From Camelus dromedarius (Eukaryota), in the NCBI RefSeq assembly GCF_036321535.1, contig NC_087436.1, forward strand, positions 105,464,001 to 105,528,000: a stretch of 64,000 nt of DNA. The letters are read 5' to 3'. Positions within the stretch are counted from its first letter, which is position 1. Each line of letters opens with the position of its first letter. The translations under genes were made by a program, and so were the position numbers. Below are positions 37,979-51,720 of the stretch, piece by piece. The notes below the pieces were generated by a model, which worked only from the letters and a program-made list of their open reading frames with translations, was not told where the DNA came from and did not search any database.

Positions 37979-38850
37979 ATCCAGAATCCACACTTTTAAC
38001 CCCCGCACTGCACTGTCTTCAAGACACTCAAAGTGCAGCTGGAGAGAAGCACCCCCACTCTCACTTTAGTTTGTATGTCTGGATAGTTTACATCACGTAT
38101 ACAGTTTTGCATCTCATCCTCATAACCAGTGGGCTGGGTCAATACTATGAAGAAGCTGAGACCCAAACAGCTCATGTCATTTGCCCCAAATCACGCAGAA
38201 AATGCTCACTACACCTAACCCTTAAGGCCCTTGCTCGGTGCCAGGTGATATTCAGAAAACCTTATGGCTATTTTCTCTCTTAAATTGTGTAAAACCAGTC
38301 CAGTCATTATCCCCATTTCATAGATGGAGCAACAGAGACACAGAGACGTTAAAGAACTTGTCTGAAGTCATACAGCCAGCAGGTGGAAAAGCGTGGCTTT
38401 AAACCCAGGAAAATATGACATCAAAGAATGCACTCTCCACTGTGCTACTTGCCCGCTTTAATTCACAAATATGAAAGAGCTGTGGCTTTGTAGGTCCCAA
38501 CTGCTGATCGACAGTGTTTGACTCCAAAGTCCGTGTTTCTTCTGTAACTCCATTCTGAGTAAAGCCTGCATGTGTAGTTTTGGAGTCGGGGCACACAAAG
38601 AGTGCTGTGTGGGTGATGCGACAGTTTGGAGAAGTCATCCTGGTCCCCAGTCCTCCCCGCAGCAAGGACTCCCCAGGATCAGCTTTTCCTGCTGTTCACC
38701 GTGGGATCTCTTGCATCTCACTTACCCATCAAAGCCGCAGATGTGAGCCCCTGTCCTGTGCTGCCTGCTAGTCAGCCTTCTGGTCTGCATCCACAGACAT
38801 GGTTCACGTGGGCTGAAATCCTTTGGGGGCCTCTTAATCCAACAGCCTTG

Positions 38851-39251
38851 TGTTTTAGACCGGAAGTGCGGTCCAGAGAAATAGAATAGATAGCTCGATA
38901 GATAGATTTATTATAAGAAATTGGCTCAGTTGATTATGAAGGCTGGAAACGCCCAAGAACTGAAGCCCTAAGAACCAGGAGAGTTGTTGCTGTAAATTCT
39001 GGTCCAAGTCTGAAGGCTGGAGAAGACCCAAGACCATCAGGCAGAGACAGTGAGTTCTCTCTGGCTCAGTCTTTTTCCCTAGTCAGGCCTTCAATGGGCA
39101 GGACGGGCCCCCACCCCCAAAGACCTGCTTTACTCAGTCTAGTTCATCACATGTTAATCTCAATCAGCAACACCTCCAAATAATATCTAACCATCTATCT
39201 GGGTATCCTCTGGCCCAGGCACATTGATACAACATAAAATTAACCATTACA
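38851..39251. mobile_element. MLT2-like (ERVL) solo LTR
   Basis: TG...CA termini, tccagagaaa-(gata)n-gatttattataagaaattggctc, ends cataaaattaaccattaca; near-TSD ccttg/gcttg. Confidence 0.8.
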
Positions 39252-40424
39252 GCTTGTCCTGCCCAAAGGCTGTAGACCCAGTGCTTTCCTGCTACGCTTT
39301 GTCTTTGGGGTAGAAGATTATGAACATGGCAGCCCCGTGGAATTTGCAGCTTTAACCAGGTAATTAGGATGATAAAGTCCATGGGCTTGCGATTTACTGA
39401 AGCACAACCAGGAGGCCAGGGAGGCTGTGGAACCTCGGGCTGGGGGTCGCTGGTGGTGCCGGTGCCTCCATCTCTCCCTGATGCTCTTGTTCTCAGCCTC
39501 ACATAGTAGGAGCTCGAAAGCAAAAGCTGGCATCCGCCTGGACGGTAGCACACAGGCTTGGCTTGTTGGCAGACTCCGTGTTATTTCTTACACAATGTAC
39601 ATTTTTGCAATTTGTTGGGGAAGTTCATTCATCCATTCAGCAAGTGTTTGTTAAGGACCTGCTGTGGGTCGGACTCAGTGTTAAGCACTGGATGATTCAT
39701 AGTCTAACAAAATACAGTGCCCGCTAGTGTGGAGCTCTTTGCTATAATGATGCTCAGAAATAAAGTGGTTCCTAGAGGCCTGTGGTCATATCCCAAATGT
39801 GACAGGACTACACATGTGCTTTGTAATCTTTTGGGGAGTCAACTTTGGATAAGCTGTATGAAGTCATGAATCTTCTCAGCAGGAAAAAATAAAAGCACAT
39901 TCCCATTTCAAAATCTGCCCAGTGTCTGACCACATCTGCCCTGCTTCACGCCACTGCTGTCCCTTGCCTTGATGATTGCAACAGCCACCTCCCTGGTCCC
40001 CGCTGCTGCTTCACTGACTCCCCCTAGTCTGTTCTCCACATAGTGGCTGGAGGGATCCTGTTAAAATGTAAGTCAGATCAGGTGGCTCCGAGAAAAGTCA
40101 GGGCTTGCTATCATTCACAGAGCAAAATCCACGTCCCCACAATGGCCTGCAAGACCCTAAACCGCTCTCCCCACCCTGTCTCCCTCTGTCTCTCTCCCTC
40201 ACACACACAACCTCCCTGACCTCCTCTCCTACCTTATGCTGCTTGCTCTCTTGGCTCCAGCCACTCCTAGAATATTCCTTAGGGATGAGGATCAAAGGCT
40301 GGAGAGAACCAGGATCCTGAATGGTACCATCAGCCTCCAGACTGTTAACAGGGGAAATGGGTTCTGTCTTACCCAAGATTTCGTCTTGGGGTCTCTCTGC
40401 TATTGGGGAGCCTATACGCTTACC

Positions 40425-40650
40425 CAGGGGCCAGCAAGCTAAGACTCTTGGGCCAAATCTGGCTCTCTGTCTGATTTCACAAATGAAGTTTTATTAGAGC
40501 TCAGCCACGCTCACCATTTACCTGTCACCCGTGGCTGCTCTGGTGCTTCAGCCCCAGAGTTGAATAGTTGCAACACAGAATCCATGACCTGAAAAGCCTA
40601 AAAGAGTTACTCTCTGGCCTTTTATAGAAAATGTTTGCTGGCCTCTGGTC
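40425..40650. mobile_element. MER58-like hAT MITE
   Basis: caggggccagcaa...gggccaaatctggc...gttttattagagctcagccacgctc...gtttgctggcctctg. Confidence 0.75.
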
Positions 40651-42369
40651 TGAACAATATACACTTGTGATCATCACTTTACGTGTGAAGAAACTGAAGC
40701 TCTGGAGGGTTAAGGAAGTTGTGCAAAGTCAAATAGCTAATGAGTAGCTCAACTGGAGATCAAACCTGGAGCTGTCTGGCTCTCAAGTTCAGACCAAATA
40801 GCACCTTTGATAGGCCAGGCTAAGAACTGAAGTTAAGTCGTAAGTTGACTTGCATGCCATTCAAATAAGCAAAAAGTTAAGCTAATGTATTTTCCCTCTA
40901 ATTGATCTAATATTTTTTTTAATGGATCCCATCCCACTGGGTAAGGAGTAGACCAAATGTAGGCCAATCTGGTAAACTCAGTCTAATCCAGCAGTTTAAC
41001 TAGTCTCACATTTAAAGTGACCTTGGGCAAGTTCCCTCATCTACAGAATGGGATCCTAATAAAAGATCCGTGGCCTCTTTGTCTTCCTGGCAGGCCCCTC
41101 TGCCAGCCTGCTCAGCTTCTGCAGCTCTGCTCACGAGGGTGTGTAAACGTTGAGATCCCACGGGTTTAGAAGCTGCCCCTGCAGGGTTTCTGTCCCTCCC
41201 CTCACACCGCCCACCGTGTTGGGAGAAGGGGAGAAGCCGCTGGCGGGGGGTGGGGGATGGGGGGGGCTTCTCTCAGGCCTGCAGCTTCCACGGGGACATG
41301 TGGGGAAGTGTGTCACTGGCTTTGCTGCGTTCTTGGCCCTGACCTTGATCTCTGCCACACACCTCCCTCATCCAGGACCTTGGCTGGTCCTTCTGCTTCC
41401 CTTGCCTCCCTCCTCTCCCTCCCACAGCCTCCTGAGGTAGAAGAAATGCATTTCCCATTTTCTCGGCCTCATACCATGGCTTCCTTCTCCTTTGTCTCCC
41501 TGTACAACTCTCTGTTCTAGTCAGCCAAGCTCCACTATATAATAAAACTAGAGGAATTTAGCAAATCCTTTTCTTTTGACAGTGCCTGGCTGTGGAGACA
41601 ATCAGCTTGCTAAAGAGGTCAAGGAAGAAGGCAGCTCAGAGACTCAAGCTGATGAAGGGCCTCTTTCTCCCGGATAGCTCCTGTTCTCCCCTTCCCCGGG
41701 GCAACTGGGAGCTGTTATTGTCCCCGCCAGAGAAGCACTCCGGCAGGCCCACTAGGTGGAGATGTTGTCGAAGGGAAATGAGCCTGGATGGATGTCCGTT
41801 TGGCCTGTGTGTCCTCCAGGGTCCTTCCTAGAGGGGGGGCACCCGGGACGGGGTTTTGTTATGCCCTCAGGTACAGTGCAAGCCCAGACTGGGGGCTTCC
41901 CACAGCCGCTCTGCCCTCCTGAGAACCTACATCAGGCACCGCTTTACAAGGTGTTGAGACACACACTCCCTGTCTGCTCACCACACTCATGCTTCCCCAG
42001 ACTTTACCCATGGAACCAGCCACCAGGACCAGCAAAGGTGGGATGAAGGAAAATCTATGAAAATAAATCAATGTCTCTATCCACTAAGGCACCATGAGAA
42101 AATGTCTAATTGAAGAGTCATAAAATGTGGGCAGCGTATTTGGAAAAGCATGTCTTACAATCTATGTGGGTATTATGTATGTTGCAGGGAGGGGGTCCTC
42201 AAAGGAACAGACAGATGTCCTCCAGAGGGGCTCAAACAGTCCTCCATAGAAGCCTGGGTGAAGACCAGTTGGAGAAAACTGCAGTGTAAATTAAAATGAC
42301 GTAGATGCAGAAACCAGCTACAGTTTCAATGATGAGCCACAAATTAAAATTCAATTATACAGGAGACGT

Positions 42370-43910
42370 AGGCTATATTTTCCAGATTTGGCCCCAGGAA
42401 TAACTTCCATTCCAGTGTCTGAATCTGGGTGGGCTTCTGGCTCACTTGTACCCAATAAAATGCAGCAGAAGTGGTGCTGGGACTTCCAAGGCTGGATCAT
42501 AAAAGATGGGTTGAGTTTCTATGTTACATAATAAATTGCCACAAATGTAGTGGCTTATCACAACATTCATTATTGTCTCACACTCTCTGTGGATCAAAAG
42601 TCCAGACACAGCTTAGCTAGATTCTCTGCTCAGAGTCTCCCAAGAATGGAATCAAGGCATTGGCTGGGCTGTGTTCTTGTCTGGAAGCTCAGTTAGGGAA
42701 GGAGCTACTTCCAAGCTCCTTTGGGATTTTGGCAGAATTTGTTTGCTTGTGACCGTGCAATTCATGGCAGTTGACTTCATTAAGGCAAGTGTATTAGTTT
42801 GCTAAGGTTGTCATAACAAAGCACCACTGATCAGTGGGTTAAACAACACAAATGTATTTCTTCATAGTTCTGGAGGCTGGAAGTCCAAGATCAAGGGGTT
42901 GGCCAGTTTGGTTTCTTCTGAGGTTTGGGTCCTCTCTTTGGCTAGGGGATGGCTGCCTTCTTGCTGTGTTATCACATGGTCCTTTCCCTGTGTGTGTGCA
43001 TTCTGGGTGTCTCTTTGTGGGTCCTAATTTCCTCTTCCTATAAGGTCATTGATTAGATTGGATTAGGGACCATTCTCATGGTCTCATTTTAACTTAATCC
43101 CTTATTTAAAGGCCCTATCTTCAAATAGTCACATTCTGAGATGTGGAGAGTGGGGTGGGGGTGGGGGTTTAGGGCTTCAACATATGAATTTAGAGAGAAC
43201 TCAGTTCAGCCCATAACAGCAAGAAATGGGCAGAGAGAGTCTCTGCTTTGGGGAGTCTCTCACTTTCAGAATGGTCTAGACCTTCTTTTAGAGGGTTCGT
43301 GTGATTAAGTCAGGAGCATTCAGGAGCATCTCCTTTTCTATTAGCTCAAAGTCAACTGATTAGGGGCCTTAATTGCATTCGAAGAATCCTTACATTTTTG
43401 CATATAATGTAACCTAATCATTGGGGTGACAGTCCGTTGCATTGGCCACATTCTATAGGTTAGAATCAGGTCACAGTTCCCACTACCTAAAGGAGAGAGG
43501 ATTACACAGAGTACAGACAATAGGGCACAATGATCACGGAGGCCCCCCAGGGGAAGTCTACCCTAAAAGGTGTTACAATGTCTATCTGGTTTGCTGGGAC
43601 CCCCAGTGCCATCATACAAGGGGTCTGATTGCACTGAGGCCTCCATGCTGTGAGGAAGCTCAAACTGTCTCACACAGAGAGACCCTCTGGAGAAACTCTG
43701 AGCCTCCGAAGACAGACAGATGTCCACACAGCTCTCAGCTGCTCCAGCATCCATCTGACTGCACTGCAGGAGAGACTCCAAGGCCAGATCACCTGGCTGT
43801 GCACTTCCCAAATTCCTAGACAACAGAAACAATGCAAGATGATGAAATAATTATTGTTTTAAGCCACTACATTTTGGGCCCTTTCTTTATGCAGCATTAG
43901 TGACTGGAGC
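42370..43910. mobile_element. Three nested MaLR (MLT1) LTRs
   Basis: Inner LTR 42790-43218 has TG...CA termini and a perfect TSD gcaag (42785-42789, 43219-43223). It lies within a second LTR (~42510-43565), itself splitting an outer one (~42370-42510 + ~43565-43910). Confidence 0.75.
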
Positions 43911-44738
43911 AGCAGGCATTCCAAATGTGAGCCGTTTCCAGGAGACCTGGTCCTCACAGATGACTCTGGGATGAGTGTCATGAGGAGTTTATTTATTGGC
44001 AACCCTCCCTTGCCTCCTAACCCCCACGTTCTCTAACCCTACAGCTGCTTTATGTTTCTCCGTTACTCTTACTATCAGGCACGCTCCGTGTTTAGTTGTT
44101 TGCTTGCTGCCTATTTCCCACCCCCATCCCCATCTCCCCCCAAAATGTAAATTTCACAACGGCAGAATCTGTCTCCTCTGTCAGTGCCTGGCAGGTCTGG
44201 ATCCTCAGTACTGACTTTATTATTTCAACTCTCAGTGGCTGATCTAACAGAGGGAGGAAGATCAGATTAGAGGAAGGCCTCTAACAGAGGCCAGGCAAGA
44301 AAACAAGTGTTCAGAAAAGGTCGGGAGATCAGAAGACCATATAGAAATAGAGCAGAAGTGGTCCTTAACGAGCACACAGTTCAACGCCACATTTTACCCT
44401 TGAGGAAACGGAGGCCCTGAGGACTCGAATGACACAGGAGGTTAATGGCAGAGCTGACTCCCAGAACCAGGCCCCCGACTCCCCTTCTCAGTTTTTCCCA
44501 CCAGGTCACGTTCATGGTGAATCCACGCGAAGGGGCCGGATCCACCCTGCTGCCTTGGTCTTCTAGTAGAGTTTTGCCTGAACACGTACAAATTGAAAGC
44601 CATTTTATTTTATTTTTGATTATTTCCTTTTATTTCTCCATTAAAATACAGTTAGAGCATCATATATATATAGTTTTTAAAATACGTGTGGAGGTAAGTT
44701 ATTATGAAAAGATTTCATTTCAGGAGAGTCACAGGGAT

Positions 44739-45140
44739 TGTCTTAGCCTGGGTCCCCAGAGAGCAGAGCCTGAGACAAAAGATTTGTTGCAGGGAGATTG
44801 TGACCCTGGCAGCAGGAGGAGAAGACAAGTTGCCTGATTCTATGGAGGCTGCTACTGGGTCCCACTAGGAACATCTAAGTGGCCGTGTGAACTGTATTTC
44901 AGAGATGCCTGCCAAGGGGATGGAAGGGAAGCATTTATCCATCAGCTGCCATCCCCCATTGGCTAAGGGTAGCCTTGTAGGCATTCCCTGTTGCCCACTT
45001 CTGGGTTAGGCAGCCTCTGGGGGTGCCCCAGATGATGGCATCGGAATGTATGTCCTCCCAAGGCTGATCCCACACAATGCGTCCTGTTGCCCCTGGGCAA
45101 AGCTGGTCAGGGTCTGCTTGGAACTGGTCACTACAGAAGC
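44739..45140 (-). mobile_element. ERVL-class LTR (LTR16/LTR33-like)
   Basis: tgtcttagcctgggtccccagagagcagagcctgagacaa terminus; gcatttatccatcagctgccatcccccattgg. Confidence 0.65.
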
Positions 45141-45589
45141 AGCTGGAACAAGAGGCGAGATCCAGAGAGCTTTAAGGAGCATTCAGGAGGGATCTGGTCC
45201 CCGAACCTCAGTTCTTTCTTGCACAGATGGGTGCCAGCCATCCAGAAGAGGAAGGCAGCTCAGAGCGTCTGCTATGAGCCAGTGGTGTTTCTGGCTAATC
45301 ACATGGCTTAGACTTCTCATCGTGGAGTTCTCTAGGAAATTCCATCTGCAGCATCAAAGTCATAGAATTTCAATGTGCCCTTACATTTGGAAAGAACTGA
45401 AACAAAATCCTACCTCTGGGAATTTTTGTTTACCTAAGGTTTCCCACTTCCTTGATGCTGCAGTGGCTGTCAGATTTGTCTCCACGTGGGCCCTGACTCT
45501 ATGGAGGTGAGCCAGGGAGTGGCTTAGCCTGCCAGGGAAGATGCTGCAAGACAATTAACCTGCACCGACACGGAATAGTTTTCATTTGC

Positions 45590-45970
45590 TGAGAACATGC
45601 TATTTCCAGGCACTCAGCTAAGCACATAAGAGCTGTTTTCTCATTTAATTCTCACAGCAAACCTTTGAGGTTAATACTATTCCCATTTTATAAAGTAGCA
45701 GGACTAACTACATCATTTGCAAAGTCCAGTGCAAAATAAAAATACTGAGCCCTTTGTTCAAAAATTGGGAATTTCAAGATGGTGACAGCCAAGTATGGAA
45801 CAAAGTGGGGGCCCTTCTAAGCAGAGGGGGTCCTGTGTGACCACAGGTTGTGCGCTCAAGAGACTGGTTCTGTAGAAGAGGAAACCAAAGCTCAGAGAGG
45901 TTAAGTGACCTGCCTAAGGTCACACAGCAGGGTAAGTGATTGGTAAAATGATTTGAATCCACATTGTCAA
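45590..45970. mobile_element. MIR interrupted by a MER91-like MITE (~45700-45870)
   Basis: MIR halves (tcatttaattctcacagcaa...cccattttata / gaggaaaccaaagctcagagaggttaagtgacc) flank cagtgcaaaataaaaat...gggcccttctaagc. Confidence 0.7.
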
Positions 45971-47129
45971 ACTCTATATATATTTTCTTAGGCTGAAGGC
46001 AGAGGGCTGAGCTGGAAAGCACACTTCATTTGGATCAGAAGACTGAAGTTTGAGCAACTCCTCACTTGTCATGTTTCCCTACACAGGCTTGGTTTTTGCC
46101 TTAGTTTCCTCATCATTAACTTCAACTCAAAAAGCCCAGCATCGTGGTGGCCTCTGGCAATGAGATGGGTGGAGATGCTAAGTTGTCTTGCATTTTGTCC
46201 ATGTCACAGAGGTCCAAAGGAAGCATCTGATCTCAGAGCAGCCACTCCTGCTGAGGAGTCCAGGGCTCATGTGTCTTTTCTTGGGGAACTGGAGTTTAAT
46301 ACGAGACTCTGGAGAAGCAGCACCATCACCAAGTCACAGCTACTGGGGCACAACACATAGATCCCCCCTCTCCAGTTTCTCTGAATTGAAGTCTCCCTTA
46401 CATCAGTCTGACTGCAAGAGCCTCATGCTGGGAGGGGCCTGAGCATTTGTGTGTTGAATTCTGCCATGGGGAAGCCCATCTCTTAACTTCAGAATTTCCT
46501 CAAACATAACAAGGATGCTCCAACATTAGGAACAGACTGAAAATGTGATAACTATCTACTGTATTGACTCCAAAATGTGATAATGATAATCAGTTAGGCT
46601 CATGTTCAGCTCATGTAGGAGAAACCCAGCTGCACGGGCCTGTCCAAAAGAAGTGTCTGTTTTGCTCACATCACAAAAAGTCCAGCGGTGGGCAGTGCTG
46701 GGCTGGTGATGCTGCTCAAGGAACCATTCTCTTTCCTGCTCCCACCATTCTTAGAGTGTGATTGTCAACCTCATGGGTCCAAGAAAGCTGCTCTACCTCC
46801 AGACATTGTGTCTGCATTCCAGGCAGAAAAAGAGGGGGAAGAGCATTGGAGAGTAGGCACATATCAGCTAAGTCCTCTTTTTCTCTGGCTAACAATAGCT
46901 TTCCCAGATGTCCCATCCAGTAGAGTCCCATTTGTACCTTTTACACAAGAACTGGGTTACATGGGAAGCTAAGGAAAAGAGCATTTTAACACAAGGCCAT
47001 TTTAAGCACAATCAGGATATTGTTGGTACAGAGAAAATAGAACACAGATACCAGCTGGGCTGGCCTAGCAGTGTCTGCCCCAGCAGCTCTGACACCAGGA
47101 TGGCTCAAAATCCCACCACAACATCCCAA

Positions 47130-47670
47130 TCCAAACCAGCACAGCCCAAAACAAATATAACACAAACCACAAATACGTTACTTCAACATTTTCTAGCAGC
47201 CACATTTAAAAAAAAAAACCAGCTGAAATGAATTTAAATATTTTATTTCACCCAATATATCCAAGATATTATCATTTCATAATATAATCAATATTTTAAA
47301 AATTCATGAGATCTTCAGGAATTTTTCCCAGGCCAAGTCTTCAAAATCCAGTGTGTATGATTTTGCACTCACAGCACATCTCAATTTGAATGAGCTTCAT
47401 TTCAGGCACCGCATAGTCACATGTGGCTGGGAGCTTCCGACCTGGGCAGTACATGCCTACGCTTCAGCAAACAGGTTCTCAACTGGATATTTTAAGAAGT
47501 GCAGGAGGTTGGACTGTCATAGGACTGAAGACGCACTAGCCATATATGGTGGGCAGGGAGACTGAGGGTCCTGCAAGAATCTTGACAATCACACAATGTC
47601 CAGGACGGTCCCAAAGAGGAGGAAGAACTGTCCTGCCCAAGTACCGAGAATTCTCCTCCTAAGAACCCCT
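47130..47670. mobile_element. MER3/MER33-like then MER20-like hAT MITEs
   Basis: ttttctagcagccacatttaaa...cacatctcaattt...cacatgtggct; caggttctcaac...cacaatgtccaggacggtccc...ctgtcctgcccaa. Confidence 0.6.
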
Positions 47671-50060
47671 GCTGTAAAGCATGGAAAGTGCTCGGAGCAT
47701 TGCCTGACTCATAGTAAGCACTCGATGCGAGTTTGTCATCATCATTATTATTATTAGGCAATCAAGTCCAGACTTCATCTCCTGGCATATAAAACCCTCT
47801 ATAATCTGATCCCAATTACTAAGAAACTACACACACATACACACGTGCACACACAATACCCACAATAATCTATGTGGGTAGTTGTCATATCTACTGTGCC
47901 GATTACATGTGTGTATCTACCTTAATCTCTATCTGTGTCTGTCTACATCTAGCTATCTCCAGGCTCTGCACATTTCTTTCCATTGTGCCTCAAATCTGCC
48001 TTGGGAATAGGAGAGTAAGTATTATTATCCCATTGTACAGATGAGAAAGCCAAGGCCAGAGAAGTTAAGCTGCTTGCTTCAGTTCACACAGCTGATGAGG
48101 GCAGAGTCACAACTCTAACCCTCGTCGTAAGCGATTATCCATACATCTGGAAGCCAGACCTTCAAGACCAAGGCTCCAGGCATCACGGCTGAAGCCAGTC
48201 CATCTTTCACTTCCAACGATCTTCCCAGCCCTTCCCTGGGCGACACACCGGAAGAACTCTCCACCCCGGTCTCAGGCTCCCCACACGGTTTCTCTCCTGT
48301 CCTAGAAACCAGCTTGGAGCAGGCGACTAAGGGAAGCTTCCCAGCGCAATTGCAGCCCCAACAATGACAACTGATGAGGCACAATAGCAGGATCTGGCCT
48401 GTAATCAGCCTCCAGCGATACTCAGCTATTTAGGCGTGGGGAGAGGCACGTGCCCCCCAACTGCAGCTCCGTGCTCATCGTCGCGCGCACCATTGCGGAG
48501 AAAGGGCCCTTTTGTGATGGCTCCGCAAATTACAGCCCCAGCAATCTGGAGTCTCAGCTAGAGCTGATTCTCCTCTTCCCTAAAAGAAAAATCTGTCTTA
48601 AGCTTAATTATAGTCTATCATTGCCCGCAATCTTACAATGATCCAAAGTCCCTAGCAAAATGATAATAATAATAAAGAGAGAGGGAGAGAGAGAGAAACA
48701 ATTCAAATATGAGTTGAAAAGATCCAGACAAGTGTGGGGAAGGGAGGTGATGGTGGCGTTCTTCATAAACAATTGTGAAGTGGGGATCAGAGCTTTAGAA
48801 CAGTAAATAGTTATTCTGGCACAGTTGTTAGTTTCCCAGGCCAAGGGCTCGGTGTTAACCTTACCCTTTCTGAATCTTTAATCTCGTTGCTCCAAAATTC
48901 ACCCTGTAAAATGTAAGGGCACTTCCCAAGATAAACTGATGTCCAAAATCAAATGACCTAGATTTAACAGGACAATGCTTCTCCGATCCCAGGAGGATGA
49001 GCTGAACGGATTGACAGTTTTCAGCGATTATTCTTGGCATGTTAGCAAGAAGATGCTGAGCTTTATCAGAAGACACCTTAATCAAGTTTTCTTTGTCAGT
49101 TTCCGTGGACTGGACTGCAATTTCCTTTCAGGTACAGAGGATCTTTGGGTGCTCCCCCTTGTGGCCTTATCAGGAATGGAACTGTATCTTTTCTCAACGG
49201 CCCACTCACCCTTAAAGGCAAAACCGAGAGGAGGAACTGACTGACCCAAGCTGGTGGGTCCAGGATTGGATACTAGAGATAGGATATTAGTAGATACTGG
49301 ATACAGGTTTTTGGGGAGCCTCAAGTATTATGCTAAATCTTCCTGGAGCCCAGATGTCCTCCCACATCTGTGAATCTTTGTGAAATGATGTGAATTTCAA
49401 GAGAAATTTCTTTCTTTTCCTAACTTCTTCCTTAGTTATTTTTCATAAATTATTTGTGGAAATAAATATTTTATGCTGTATATAAATAACTCCTTAGTTA
49501 TTTTCCATTTATTGTTCTGTAAGAATTCCTGAAGCACCAAAGAAACCTTTTAAGCCTTTGTGCTTAAAAGCAAGATTCTTGATGTGAATTCAGTTTTCTG
49601 GAACAAACATCAATGCACTGGATGTGGGATTCAGTTTGGAATATGAGCTGACTGTGTTGAGAGAGAGTTCATGAGTTCCCCAGTGTGGTCTTCATCACTG
49701 GAATGGCTGCTGGGTCACAAGAGAACATGGACACCACCTCAGGCAGCTCCTCATTCACTTACAATTGTACTCTGATCTCAGGAAGGAAATGATGGCATAA
49801 CTTACCCATCAGCCCTGGTTTTGAAATCATAGGGAGCCTTCTCTGTTGCAGGAACAAAGTTAGGAAAGAAATGAGTGAAGAATCAATATGTTGCAAATAA
49901 CATAAAGCTCAACTCAAAGCAGCTTAAACAGTATGTGGAATTTACTGGTGTAGGTAAATGAGAAGCCTAGATGTCAGCTTCAGGTAAGGCTTGATCCAGC
50001 AAATCAGAACCATCATCAAGGATTTTACTTGTATTCATTTCTCTTCCTTGTCTTCTAAAG

Positions 50061-50460
50061 TGTAACAGGCACTGTACTCTGCCCATTTCCCCTTAGCCTT
50101 TCTGCCTGAGGCATTTACTATTCCCCTGAGAGTGTACTCAACAAACTAGAAATATCAGAGTTAATATTGCACAATTGACCCTCAAAATCAAGGAATAAAA
50201 GTTAGTGAGTAAGTATCCCAGCTTATCCCCAGTTGGACCACTATGAGATGTGATCCGCACCATTTCTCAGTGTCCCCCACAGAAATGAGCCCCATTGCCT
50301 ATTGTGGTCTTATCAATCCACCCTTTATTAGCTTCCGTCTTTCCCCTGTCTCGCATCCCTACTCTCTCACAGTACTTTTTTGGGATTTCCTCCCCCCAAA
50401 CTCACTTGCACCCAGATCCTTGCCTTGGGATCTCTTGTTGGAGGGTAACCCAGACTAAGA
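50061..50460 (+). mobile_element. LTR16-like (ERVL) solo LTR
   Basis: ccctttattagcttcc...cctgtctcgc...acttgcacccagatccttg...gggtaacccagactaaga. Confidence 0.7.
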
Positions 50461-51169
50461 ACAGAGCACACAGCTTCCAGAAGAGGGGCATGGACACTGG
50501 ACAGCAGACCCCAGATGTCACCCTTTCAAGAAACCCTGAAGACACGCCCAAGTCAGAGAAGGCAGAGGTGCTCCCTTCTGGATGAGGAGTGTTTCGGGGA
50601 AGGAAACCAGGGTGAAGGAGTAGATCAGAATCTGCAGCAAGACTGCCAGTGTTTCCACTGTGATCAGCGTGTGAGGATGCTGAATCCATTTCATTCTGTG
50701 GAGGGTGATGAGTGAGCAATGGCTGGAGACAAGACAAGACGAGAAAAGGAAAGACAGTTTATTTTATTCACAGGGAAATTAAAGACAACAATCAAAGGAG
50801 ACTGCTTCCAATGCCATCCTACCCCCACCCCATCGCCTGATCTGAGGTTTGTCTGATTTTCCTGACTGCTCCAGATATCTCTGACCTCCCCACACTAACA
50901 CACCATTGCTCACAATTTAGACCAGTGTTGTCTAATAGAAAGAAAATTCAAGCCCCAGCTCCTAAGCTGGGTCCAGCTGTCTGTCAGGGACCCTGTCAGA
51001 CCTGCCCCCGCTGCCGAGCCCCTGTCCAGCCCCACCCTGCCTGCTCTGTCCCCACCCCTGGCCCGGGGAGCCAGGGCCTTCCAGCGGGCTGCCCCTGCCA
51101 GGCAACTGCACTTTCCATGGGGAGTGAACTCCCAAGTCTGAAGGGCTTTCTTCTCTCACCCCTACTTTC

Positions 51170-51720
51170 ATTCATTCATTTATTCAGTCATTCATTCAGC
51201 AGCCCTGGATGAAGCTTGATTATACGCCAGCACGGTTCTCAGCACCAGGCATAAGATTCAAACAAAATAGACAAATGTTTTGTGTTTAGGAGAGAGAGAG
51301 AGACAGACGAGAAACACACACAAGGGAACAAGATGATCTCTGAGGTTGATCAGTTTGGTGAGGTAGAGGGACGGAGTGTCCCCCTTGGGCAGGGAGGACC
51401 AGGGAGGACCGGGGAGGCCTCTCCGAGGAGGCGGCCATCGAGTTGAGCCCTGAATGAGAGAAGGAGCCAGCCTCACCCAAAGCCAAGGCTGGAATATTCC
51501 AGACTGAGGAAATGGTGGAGGCAGAAAAAAACTCTGTGTGTTTGAGGAACAGTGAGGAGGGCGGTGCTGCCTGAATGCAGGGACGACACTGTCTTCAGGG
51601 TGAGGCCAGTTCATGAGGGCTCTTGTGATGGCATGAGGAGTTTGAGCTTTTTCTAAAAGGCAAGGAAAGCTACTAGAAGGTTCTATGCTGGGGACTGGTG
51701 TGATCAAGGTCACATCCATG
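51170..51720 (-). mobile_element. L2 LINE 3' fragment
   Basis: (ttca)n terminus and L2 body (ggaggcctctccgaggagg...gttgagccctgaatg). Confidence 0.7.

Noticed and set aside
41750..41764. CTCF-like motif CCACTAGGTGGAG (and AGAGGTGGCGCC near 61018)
   Set aside because: Imperfect single motif matches with no supporting context.
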